DNA of 64,000 nt from Candidatus Omnitrophota bacterium (GTDB lineage Bacteria; Omnitrophota; Gorgyraeia; B26-G9), in the NCBI GenBank assembly GCA_043805415.1, contig JAZDHZ010000034.1, forward strand, positions 101,478-165,477. The letters run 5' to 3'. Made by a program: the position numbers and the translations under genes. This document shows, piece by piece, positions 43,626-51,737 of the stretch. Below the pieces are notes generated by a model. That model was given only the letters and a program-made list of their open reading frames with translations. It did no database searches and was not told the DNA's origin. Each line of letters opens with the position of its first letter. The stretch's first letter is position 1.

Positions 43626-45791
43626 ATGCCTTTATATAATTCCCAGCAAAAAGTACAATCCGGAATGCCTTTGGGCGGTATCGGCGCCGGCAAATTCGAA
43701 ATCACGCCTTATGGGACCATTGATTATATAACCTATCAAAATAACTGGAGCCGGCCGATAGCCAATCAAAGTAATAAAGCCCAAGGTAAGGCTCTGGGAA
43801 TTACGGGTTTTCACTTTGCCTTATATGTTAATACGCAGGCAGCGGCGATCTGCAAGCTTCTGCAAACCGAACCCATCAGCGCTTATAATACAATTCAAGC
43901 CATAGATTTCTTTGGAAAGTTTCCCTTGGCGCGGCTGGTATATAAAGACGATAATCTGCCGGTGGACATATCGCTGACTGTTTATTCCCATCTTATTCCC
44001 GGGGATATTAAAAACTCCAGCTTGCCAGGGGCGGTGTTTGAATTTGATCTTAGCAATAAACTGGATAAAAATATTGAAGTGGCAATAATGTTTATCGGCC
44101 GAAATCTTGTTTCAAGAAATTCCGTGGGCAGAATTAATAATTTTAAGCAGGAACATGATTTGGCTGGTCTGGAGTTTACCCACACAAAACCTTTAAGCCA
44201 TGATGAACAAGCTGGAGATACTTTTATCTGTTTGCCCAAAGACATTGGTAAAATCAGTTTTTTAAGCGGCTGGAACATGCAAAAGGAAAACTTTATTTTT
44301 GAGCCAAAAGTCGGGCTGGATGCTTTGGATTATTTTAGCAGTCATGGCAGATTGCCGAATATTAAAATGAAAGAACCGACCCAAAGCCAGAGCATTGAAT
44401 TAGGCGGGGCATTAGCAGTTAGTTTTAATTTAGCGGCGCGGCAGAATAAAAAAGTTCCGTTTATTTATTCTTGGCATTTCCCCCAGCATTTTCAAGGCCA
44501 TGTTTATGAAAAGTATTTTAAAAAAAGCCGCGATGTCGCGGTATATATTAATCGCAACAAAGATGAGCTTTTTAAAAAAACCGCTTGCCTGCCGAATATA
44601 TTGGAGCGCATGGGCTTAGAAGACTGGCTGTCTGACGCCTTATTAAATAATCTATATACCTTGTTTTCTTCGAGCTGGCTTACCCGCAAAGCTGACTTTA
44701 CCATGTATGAGGCCCCGATAATCTGTCCTTTAATGGGTACGCTGGATGTTTATTTTTACGCTTCAACGGCAATTGGTTTATTGTTTCCTTCATTAGATAA
44801 AAAAGCATTGAGTTTATTTAAACAGCATATTCGTAAATCAGGATATGTGCCGCATGATATTGGTTTAGAGCGGATTGATCTTCCTTCTAATGGGACTACG
44901 ATGGTATTGTGGAAAGATTTAAATCCCAAGTTTATTCTTTCCTGTTACCGCGCTTTCTGCGAGACAAAGGACCTTAAGTTTTTAAAAGAAGTTTATCCGG
45001 TTATGAAAAAAGCCTTTGAATATAGTTTAAAACTGGATAAAGACGGAGATGGTTTGCCGGATAATGAAGGTTTTGACACCACCTTTGATACTTGGGGATT
45101 TAAAGGCGCCAGTGCTTATAATGGCGGAGTGTTTCTGGTCAGCCTTTTGGCTTTAAGACGCGTGGCTGAGCAGTTTAATGATAAAAAACTGGCGAAAAGA
45201 TGCATTGATCTATTTAGCAAAGGAAGAAAGAGTTTTGAGCAAAAACTCTGGAACGGCAAATATTATATTACTGCCAAAAGCGCGGAGCAAAGTTATGAAT
45301 CCTGCATTCTTGGCCAGCTGACGGGCCAATGGTACGCTTATTTACTCGGCCTGGGCAGAATTTTCCCTGAAGAAAATATTAAAAGCGCGATAAAGTGGAT
45401 TTTAAAATTAAATGAAAAAGATTCAAAATACGGCGCGACCAATTCAGTATTTATGGATAAAAAAAGAGATCTGGAATCTTATCACTCCCAGAATATCTGG
45501 CCTGGAGTGTGTTATTCTTTTGCTGCTTTAGCCATATATGAGGGATTTGTTAAAGAAGGTTTGAAATTAACTAAAAAAGTCTGGAATACAATATCAGTAA
45601 AAAATAAAAATCCCTGGAACCAGTCGGATGTGATTATTGCTAAAGACGGCAGTTATGGTTTTGGCGATTATTATATGCGCAATTCAGTTATTTGGGCTGT
45701 GCTGATTGCTTTGGCTGAGAATAATCCCGCAGTTGCCAGCGGAATAGCTGAGATCCGGAAAATGGTTCAGTCTTCAGAGCCAAAAGGATAG
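43626..45791 (+). CDS. GH116 family glycoside hydrolase (GBA2-type beta-glucosidase-like)
   Basis: N-terminal 'MPLGGIGAGKFEITPYGTI...QNNW' and C-terminal (alpha/alpha)6 block 'GLPDNEGFDTTFDTWGFKGASAYNGGVFLVSL'. No signal peptide. Confidence 0.75.
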   Translation: MPLYNSQQKVQSGMPLGGIGAGKFEITPYGTIDYITYQNNWSRPIANQSNKAQGKALGITGFHFALYVNTQAAAICKLLQTEPISAYNTIQAIDFFGKFPLARLVYKDDNLPVDISLTVYSHLIPGDIKNSSLPGAVFEFDLSNKLDKNIEVAIMFIGRNLVSRNSVGRINNFKQEHDLAGLEFTHTKPLSHDEQAGDTFICLPKDIGKISFLSGWNMQKENFIFEPKVGLDALDYFSSHGRLPNIKMKEPTQSQSIELGGALAVSFNLAARQNKKVPFIYSWHFPQHFQGHVYEKYFKKSRDVAVYINRNKDELFKKTACLPNILERMGLEDWLSDALLNNLYTLFSSSWLTRKADFTMYEAPIICPLMGTLDVYFYASTAIGLLFPSLDKKALSLFKQHIRKSGYVPHDIGLERIDLPSNGTTMVLWKDLNPKFILSCYRAFCETKDLKFLKEVYPVMKKAFEYSLKLDKDGDGLPDNEGFDTTFDTWGFKGASAYNGGVFLVSLLALRRVAEQFNDKKLAKRCIDLFSKGRKSFEQKLWNGKYYITAKSAEQSYESCILGQLTGQWYAYLLGLGRIFPEENIKSAIKWILKLNEKDSKYGATNSVFMDKKRDLESYHSQNIWPGVCYSFAALAIYEGFVKEGLKLTKKVWNTISVKNKNPWNQSDVIIAKDGSYGFGDYYMRNSVIWAVLIALAENNPAVASGIAEIRKMVQSSEPKG

Positions 45792-45798
45792 AAAACTT

Positions 45799-46215
45799 AT
45801 GCGCCGGTTCAGAGTTCCCGATAGCTTATCAATGCTTACGGTTTTTATTTATAAATATCCGCTGTTTTGTTTGTTTGTGTTTTTAAGCGTGGTTTTAATG
45901 CTCATAACCATGGCCTTATCTTTTGGCGCGATAAATTATAAATGGGAAAAACGCTGCGCCAGAATGCTGATTTTTTGCATGATTCCGGTTTGCAGCTGGA
46001 TGGCGTATTTTCTTCAGCCGGTTTTCTCTCCTTGGTTAATTACTGCGCTGCTCTGGCTGATTTTTCCTTTGAGTTTTCTTAAAAACAAAATCAAAGCCAA
46101 AATAGAAAAAAATATTCAGGTTTCTAAAATAAAAGGCTGGGTATGCAAGCAGTGTAAAACTGTTAATGAAGATCTGTTTCTGGTTTGCAAAAAATGTAAA
46201 GTTCCTAAGCAATAA
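45799..46215 (+). CDS. small membrane protein with C-terminal zinc ribbon
   Basis: Three hydrophobic helices and 'WVCKQCKTVNEDLFLVCKKCK'. Confidence 0.55.
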   Translation: MRRFRVPDSLSMLTVFIYKYPLFCLFVFLSVVLMLITMALSFGAINYKWEKRCARMLIFCMIPVCSWMAYFLQPVFSPWLITALLWLIFPLSFLKNKIKAKIEKNIQVSKIKGWVCKQCKTVNEDLFLVCKKCKVPKQ

Positions 46216-46238
46216 CTTGTTTGTCAGCAGTGAAGTAA

Positions 46239-46267
46239 TTGCAAACATATCGCTACTGTGGTATAAT
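46239..46267 (+). promoter_or_regulatory. extended -10 promoter for smpB (predicts a leaderless or near-leaderless mRNA)
   Basis: TTGCAA (46239-44), 17-nt spacer, TGg TATAAT (46262-67). ATG at 46276 with no Shine-Dalgarno sequence. Confidence 0.55.
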
Positions 46268-46275
46268 CCTCGTCT

Positions 46276-46731
46276 ATGGAAAAAAAAATCATTGCGTCTA
46301 ATAAGCGGGCAGCGCATCGCTATGAGATTATTGAAAAAATCGAAGCTGGCATTGAATTGCAAGGCACAGAGGTTAAATCACTCAGAGCCAATCAGGTTGA
46401 CTTAAAAGACAGCTTTGCCAGAATTGACGGCGGACAGATTTTTTTGCATAGTTTATACTTAAGTCCCTATGAAAAAGCAAGTTATAATAATGCTGATCCC
46501 AAAAGAGTCAGAAAGCTTTTACTGCATAAAAAGCAGATTACCAAGCTGTTTGCGAAAATGCGGGAAAAAGGCTATACTTTAATAGCTTTGAATATTTACT
46601 TTAATGATAAAGGCCGGGCAAAAGTCGAACTGGCTTTGGCCAAAGGCCGCAAATTGTACGATCAGCGGGAAAAGATTAAAGATAAAGAAACTGAACAGCG
46701 TTTGCGCAAGATAAGCAGCATTCGGAAATAA
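46276..46731 (+). CDS. smpB: SsrA-binding protein SmpB
   Basis: 'NKRAAHRYEIIEKIEAGIELQGTEVKSLR' and a basic C-terminal tail. Adjacent to tmRNA. Confidence 0.95.
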   Translation: MEKKIIASNKRAAHRYEIIEKIEAGIELQGTEVKSLRANQVDLKDSFARIDGGQIFLHSLYLSPYEKASYNNADPKRVRKLLLHKKQITKLFAKMREKGYTLIALNIYFNDKGRAKVELALAKGRKLYDQREKIKDKETEQRLRKISSIRK

Positions 46732-46765
46732 ATGGCTAATGGTCAATGGTCGATAGTCAATAGTT
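46731..46765. repeat. heptamer tandem repeat (AATGGTC)x5, degenerate
   Basis: aatggct aatggtc aatggtc gatagtc aatagtt, directly after the smpB stop. Confidence 0.8.
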
Positions 46766-46813
46766 TTTACTTTAAACTATAAGCCATAAGCTATTAGCTA
46801 TCGACTTTTTTTT
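46750..46813 (+). terminator. long-loop hairpin plus U8 between smpB and ssrA
   Basis: UCGAUAGUCAAUAG (46750-63) pairs with CUAUUAGCUAUCGA (46791-804) at 13 of 14 positions. A C and then U8 (46806-13) follow. Confidence 0.5.
46777..46804. repeat. heptamer tandem repeat (CYATWAG)x4
   Basis: ctataag ccataag ctattag ctatcga. Confidence 0.75.
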
Positions 46814-46819
46814 AGATTG

Positions 46820-47252
46820 GGGGGTGAAGGGTTTCGACTTATGTGGATGTTATAAGGGCAGCATGTCGAGGTGGTCGGGAGGCCTCGTTAAACACCTGGC
46901 AAAATAATAAATGCTGAAACTAAAGTTCCAGTAAGTGTAGATGCACTTCTTGAGAGAATTGGATCGGGCATTGCTCATCCGACTTTCACAGGATTTGTAC
47001 CTGCAGCAGTGTTACTTTAATAAAATAAAGTAACCCGTTTTTTGGCCTTTTGTCTGGGGGGTCAGAGAACGTCATTTACAGGCTCGCTTTACCTGGTTGG
47101 TTTTTGACAGGTAAGGTTAAACACTCAAAAGCTGCCTGTTTAAGTACCTCGCCTATTGGGGATTTAAACAGAAAGATAAACAATAGGCTAAACATGTAGA
47201 TACTCTTATTTGTCGCTTAAGGACGCGAGTTCGATTCTCGCCACCTCCACCA
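46820..47252 (+). ncRNA. ssrA: tmRNA (SsrA), about 433 nt
   Basis: 5' GGGGGUGAAGGGUUUCGAC. The 3' end is the tRNA-like GGACGCGAGUUCGAUUCUCGCCACCUCCACCA, and the acceptor GGGGGUG/CACCUCC pairs. Internal tag frame GCU(46913)...UAAUAA(47018-23). Confidence 0.9.
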
Positions 47253-47261
47253 AATAAACAA

Positions 47262-47298
47262 AAACCTCTGTTCTGAGAAATCAGGGCAGGGGTTTTTT
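47262..47298 (+). terminator. conserved terminator-like repeat, copy 1 (immediately 3' of tmRNA)
   Basis: AAACCUCUGUUCUGA-GAAA-UCAGGGCAGGGGUUUUUU. The stem uses G-U pairs, so it folds only in the + sense. Confidence 0.7.
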
Positions 47299-47469
47299 GT
47301 GTGCGGAGATCAGGGAGATTTCTCCTGTTTTAAGAGAATAAATTTGGTTTTTAATCAGCAGAGATTAATCGTTTTAACGGTTTTTTTATTTAGCTTTTTT
47401 AAATAAAAAGAGTATAATTATAATGTGGAAAATTTAATTTAAACTTAAACAGTCAAAAAGGGGGGGGGT

Positions 47470-47886
47470 ATGAACAAAATTAAGGCAAAGCTTATTCTGG
47501 GTATTTGTGTTTGTTTTCTTCTGTTTGCGGCCTCAGTGGTTAAAGCCGAAGAGGGATCAACAATTGTTAATCAGCTGAGCAATGAACTGCAGCATGAAGG
47601 TAAGATTACGTCTGATGAGGCAAAGGCGCTAGAGCCTTCGATTCAAGAGATGATTGAAAAAGGGGAAAGTAAGCAAGAAATAAAAACTTTTATTGCTCAG
47701 GCAGTAGCCCAGGCTCATGCCCAAGGACTTAAAGGCAAAGATTTGGCAGCTAAAGTTCATGTTGCAATTCAGGAGCGCAAAATGCAGAGGACTGAAGCTA
47801 AAACAGCGGCTAAAGATAAAAGTAGTAAAACGGACGGAGCAACTAAAGGAAAAAGCAGCAAAAAGAATAGTAAAGGAAAAAAATAG
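47470..47886 (+). CDS. small secreted Lys/Ala-rich protein
   Basis: Signal peptide 'LILGICVCFLLFAASVVKA', then a low-complexity basic tail. The ribosome-binding site is a G9 run. Confidence 0.6.
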   Translation: MNKIKAKLILGICVCFLLFAASVVKAEEGSTIVNQLSNELQHEGKITSDEAKALEPSIQEMIEKGESKQEIKTFIAQAVAQAHAQGLKGKDLAAKVHVAIQERKMQRTEAKTAAKDKSSKTDGATKGKSSKKNSKGKK

Positions 47887-47936
47887 TTTAAATAGTTAGA
47901 GATTGTTCTGGAAACGCTTATGCTTGCGGAGGAATT

Positions 47937-48470
47937 GTGAAGTATTTACTAGTTTGTGTTTTTTTTGTTTGCTTTGTCTGCGGCTGCGCCGGAGCAATAC
48001 AACCGTATATACTTTATTCCGATGCCGGGGTATCGCCGGAAGACATTGTGGTATTAACATCAAAAAACAATGCTGAGGTTAAAGAATTAGTTTGCCAAAA
48101 AATAGGATCATCTGCTGGGCAGCTAATCTCTATGGCGGTTGTTAAATCTGTCGATGGAGAGACCGGAGATTCTACGTTGCCGTATATGGGGCAGGTTTTT
48201 AACAGTGGGTTTAATTGTCAGTTTGAAATTCAATTAATGCCTGGGAAGCATCAATTAGTAGTATTGCCGAATTGTTATCTGGCAAGCGGAAGAGATTCCG
48301 TGCCTATGACTATCAATGCCCTTGCCGGTCATCACTATTTTATCGGGAATATTCTCGAGATTCTTCAAGTTCCGAGCCTGGGTGTACGCGGAAAATACCG
48401 CTGGCGGCCGTTTATTGTTGATATGACAACAAATGAAATGGTCAGTCTTTATCCATTTATATCTCACTAA
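47937..48470 (+). CDS. putative lipoprotein
   Basis: GTG start after a GGAGG Shine-Dalgarno sequence. 'LLVCVFFVCFVCGCAGA' is lipobox-like (VCGC). Confidence 0.6.
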   Translation: MKYLLVCVFFVCFVCGCAGAIQPYILYSDAGVSPEDIVVLTSKNNAEVKELVCQKIGSSAGQLISMAVVKSVDGETGDSTLPYMGQVFNSGFNCQFEIQLMPGKHQLVVLPNCYLASGRDSVPMTINALAGHHYFIGNILEILQVPSLGVRGKYRWRPFIVDMTTNEMVSLYPFISH

Positions 48471-48482
48471 TCAGTGGGGTAT

Positions 48483-48504
48483 AAGGCAGCACAATACTTA
48501 ATTA
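48483..48504 (+). repeat. 22-nt dispersed element 'AAGGCAGCACAATACTTAATTA'
   Basis: The reverse complement recurs at 48779-48800 (AAGGGGACACAATACTTAATTA, 19 of 22 identical with a 15-nt perfect core). An interrupted copy lies at 52848-52887. Confidence 0.7.
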
Positions 48505-48525
48505 ACCGATTATGCTTTTTAAACT

Positions 48526-48566
48526 AAACCTTTGTTCTGATAATTTATCAGGGCAGGGGTTTTTTT
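48526..48566 (+). terminator. conserved terminator-like repeat, copy 2
   Basis: AAACCUUUGUUCUGA-UAAUUUA-UCAGGGCAGGGGUUUUUUU. Confidence 0.7.
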
Positions 48567-48778
48567 GTTTTGGGCGGGGATTATCGCAAAAATAATAGCA
48601 GTATTTCGAGACCTTTTTAGGGAGCCAATTAAAAATCCAAACTTTTTATGCTTACTTTCTGTAATATGATGTGGGTATAATGTATCTTAAGTGGACTATG
48701 GAAATAGTTCGGATATTAGAGGCAATTGAGGTAGTTAATTAGAATTAATGTCCCAATACCTGATCTTACCCTGTTAAG

Positions 48779-48800
48779 TAATTAAGTATTGTGTCCCCTT
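48779..48800 (-). repeat. inverted copy of the 22-nt element
   Basis: The + strand reads TAATTAAGTATTGTGTCCCCTT. It sits 15 nt upstream of the -35 of the 48991 gene promoter. Confidence 0.7.
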
Positions 48801-48814
48801 ATATGATGTTAACG

Positions 48815-48843
48815 TTGTAAATTATTGAATTATATGGTATATT
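48815..48843 (+). promoter_or_regulatory. extended -10 promoter for the 48991 gene
   Basis: TTGTAA (48815-20), 17-nt spacer, TGg TATATT (48838-43). Confidence 0.55.
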
Positions 48844-48990
48844 TTACAGTCCAAGTTGAGGCTAATTAATAAAGTTATTATAAATATAAGAACAGGTTAT
48901 AGCATTTAATTGCTGGTTTGGACTTTAAAGATATAAGTTGTTTTCTCAAAACTTATTAGACGAAATTAATTTTTTCTGGAATAGGCAGGT

Positions 48991-51357
48991 ATGAGAAAGT
49001 TTAAAAATATTTTCATAAAGGTACTTATAGCAGCGTTTCTGTTGCAGACGCCATCTGCTTTTGCGTTGAAAAGTGCCCAAGACAGTGTATGTGCCAACGC
49101 GGGTACAGTTTTTCTGGCGCCTTATCTGACCATTGATGCCACATCAATTCAAACGAGTGCCTCCAAACTATATGATTTTTCCCAACAGGCTGCTTTACAA
49201 CCTGTTCTCGAAACTCTTACAGATAATTTCGGATGGCCGGAAGAGATTGCTGTTTCTGTTAGCCAGCGAGTGGCGTTTACACTCAGTCAAACAGAGACAT
49301 CAGTAGATTATCGGCCGGATATTGCCATTATTGCTACCGCGACTACGTCAGATCAACAGTATATCCGTTATGTTTTTCCGTTAAACCAGGAAAATTCTAT
49401 TAGCGTGGTTGATCAAGACATGAGGATAATCCGTTTTGTCTGGAATGGAAACGAGTTATCAATCGCGGAAATTGGAACAGGGGATCGAGGAACTGTGCGC
49501 TATGCGGATCAACAGATGCTTTTATCGCTTAAGGATCACATTAAAGATAGAATGGAAGAACTGCTTAAAAGAGATTCTGTAACATTAGAAGACTTGCAAG
49601 AATTATTGTGGATGGACCCCCTAACTTTTTTAAAAGACCAAGACTATGAGCCGCGACCCTTAGAAAACGACGAAATATTTTTTCTCATGAAGCGTTTAAA
49701 CGATTTATTCTTTGAATTGAAGGTTGATGATCCATGGGTTCTTCCCAAGATTAACGATCCTAATGCTTTGGCGGCAGATGATCCGTATCACCTGTTAACC
49801 TCCAGACGACGTGTCCAGATTGATGAGCGTGTTGTTGATCATGGAATTTTGTTTGAAGCAATGAAGTTAGAAGCTGATGAGTTTGCTCTGTTTCTCGCTC
49901 GGGATGCGATGAGCGCGCATGAATTTATCACCCATCTGCAAACCTTACAAGGCAACTCACAAGCCCTGTCAGGATTAGTTTATCAGCCAGGGCTTCGCAG
50001 CGCGTTTCAAACTGATTTTGACAAGAAACATAAGCGGACAGCATATGTGGATGAGGAAAGTTTAGAACATACCATGAGAAGAATAACCCAGGCTTTTCAG
50101 GGCACTTTGCAAAAATTGGGAAAGCCTGTTCAGAGAATAACCCGAGGCGAGGCTGATAATAAAGAATTTAACGCTGATGAATACAATGAGTTTTATTCGC
50201 TTTTTAAGCAGAAAATAATCGAGCTGATTAATTCCGAAGAGCATGTTCGCAAAGAATCGGAACTTATATTGAACCAGATAAAAAGAGCGATTCATGGAGA
50301 TTTTAAGAAGATCCGGGTTATTGATTTGGATGCGACAGGGAAAACAGCGCTTTATGTAAGAGCGGTTATTGAGTATTATGCTGAGAAGGGAGAGCTTGAT
50401 GTGGAGAGCGCTGAAGTATTTATCGGCAACGGACGTGGAAGCTCGGTAAATGTTCCCAAGGTGCGTCAAGGCGCGACAGACCCTCAGGTGAGTTTTGTTG
50501 ATTTGAACTGGCCATTTATTGCTGAGCAAAGAGATGCTGCTACGGGAATGGTTAACTTTAGAGTTACTAAGTCTCGCTATCGCTTCCTTGAGCTTACGTA
50601 TCAGAGTTTGCGTTTGTACAATGAAGCAATCAGTTTTTTTGAAAACGGGCAGAAAGGCTCAGTGTCCAGGCTTTCAAAGAAAGAGAATGCGAAGGCGTCC
50701 AAAGCTAAACCAAATAATATACTGGATATGACAAAGTATGAATTTTTAAACCAGTATCAGAGAAACGGGTTTTTCCGTCCAGGGTTTTATGGAAGCAAAC
50801 GATTGGCAATTGAAGCGCGGCTCAATGAGTGGTTTGGAAAAGGTAATTGGCAGGAGCGTTATGCGATCAATGGGAATCTTAGTACTAAGGATGAGATGCT
50901 TGTGTTTTATGAAGATGCCTATGTCGCGTATTTACGGGATAATAGTCCTCTAGCCACTTGGTTGGAAGAAACAGCAATCGACGTATTTGATAATAGTACA
51001 TCTAATCTGGATAGCAGGATGGATTATTCCATTCAGGAAACGACAAGCAACCATTACCAGGATATTGCTATACGCAGAGCATTTGATCGTTTAGGCAAAA
51101 GTTTTGGAGGTTCTGAACTGATTCAAGTTCGCGGAAAGGATTCGAAAGGGGCTAAATTAAGTCCAGGGGTGGTACCTTTTAATAAGCCGTATCTGCTTTT
51201 CAATCCTCCGCTCAAAGGTTGGTGGAACAAAGGTTCTATCGAAGAATTTTTGCAAAGCTCAAAAGTTATTGTTATCCTGCCGGCTACCTTTAATATTGAA
51301 ATAAAAAGTGCTGTTCAATACAGCAGAGAGCAGTTTGTTATCGAGCATTCGATATAA
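48991..51357 (+). CDS. terminal-signature family protein, function unknown
   Basis: Leader 'IFIKVLIAAFLLQTPSAFA', N-box 'FLAPYLTIDATSIQ', tail 'EHSI-stop'. Confidence 0.8.
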   Translation: MRKFKNIFIKVLIAAFLLQTPSAFALKSAQDSVCANAGTVFLAPYLTIDATSIQTSASKLYDFSQQAALQPVLETLTDNFGWPEEIAVSVSQRVAFTLSQTETSVDYRPDIAIIATATTSDQQYIRYVFPLNQENSISVVDQDMRIIRFVWNGNELSIAEIGTGDRGTVRYADQQMLLSLKDHIKDRMEELLKRDSVTLEDLQELLWMDPLTFLKDQDYEPRPLENDEIFFLMKRLNDLFFELKVDDPWVLPKINDPNALAADDPYHLLTSRRRVQIDERVVDHGILFEAMKLEADEFALFLARDAMSAHEFITHLQTLQGNSQALSGLVYQPGLRSAFQTDFDKKHKRTAYVDEESLEHTMRRITQAFQGTLQKLGKPVQRITRGEADNKEFNADEYNEFYSLFKQKIIELINSEEHVRKESELILNQIKRAIHGDFKKIRVIDLDATGKTALYVRAVIEYYAEKGELDVESAEVFIGNGRGSSVNVPKVRQGATDPQVSFVDLNWPFIAEQRDAATGMVNFRVTKSRYRFLELTYQSLRLYNEAISFFENGQKGSVSRLSKKENAKASKAKPNNILDMTKYEFLNQYQRNGFFRPGFYGSKRLAIEARLNEWFGKGNWQERYAINGNLSTKDEMLVFYEDAYVAYLRDNSPLATWLEETAIDVFDNSTSNLDSRMDYSIQETTSNHYQDIAIRRAFDRLGKSFGGSELIQVRGKDSKGAKLSPGVVPFNKPYLLFNPPLKGWWNKGSIEEFLQSSKVIVILPATFNIEIKSAVQYSREQFVIEHSI

Positions 51358-51458
51358 CAAGCCATGACTGAGCCTGGATGCAGTTGCTTGAGACTATTTT
51401 GTTTATGTGTAATCCCCTTTTTGCTTAAGTAATAATCGCTAACTTTCTTTGGATATAG

Positions 51459-51493
51459 CCCCAGTTACCTATCGTAGCTGGGGATTTTTATTT
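51459..51493 (+). terminator. intrinsic terminator candidate
   Basis: CCCCAG-13 nt-CUGGGG followed by AUUUUUAUUU. Confidence 0.5.
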
Positions 51494-51737
51494 GTTTAAT
51501 AATTAAAGTATAATGAGTTATAATATATTTATTATAGATTGAAAAATTTTGGATATTTGGGTCACTTGAGAAAGGAATCGAAAATTAAAACTTCCTGAAT
51601 AAGGAAATGCGCTAAAGCATTTTTTGAGTAAATATGCCTATTTAACGTTGGATATGAGAATTGAAAATATAGGCGGATTTTGACTCGTGCGGTTTTAGTG
51701 TTTGTGATGTATTCGGGAATATTATTGGGAAATAAAT

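Noticed and set aside
48490-48793. A 304-bp MITE bounded by the 15-bp perfect inverted repeats.
   Set aside because: There is no target-site duplication (flanks GGCAG / TCCCC) and no second full-length copy in the window. The arms look like independent copies of a 22-nt dispersed element, so I report it only as a repeat pair.
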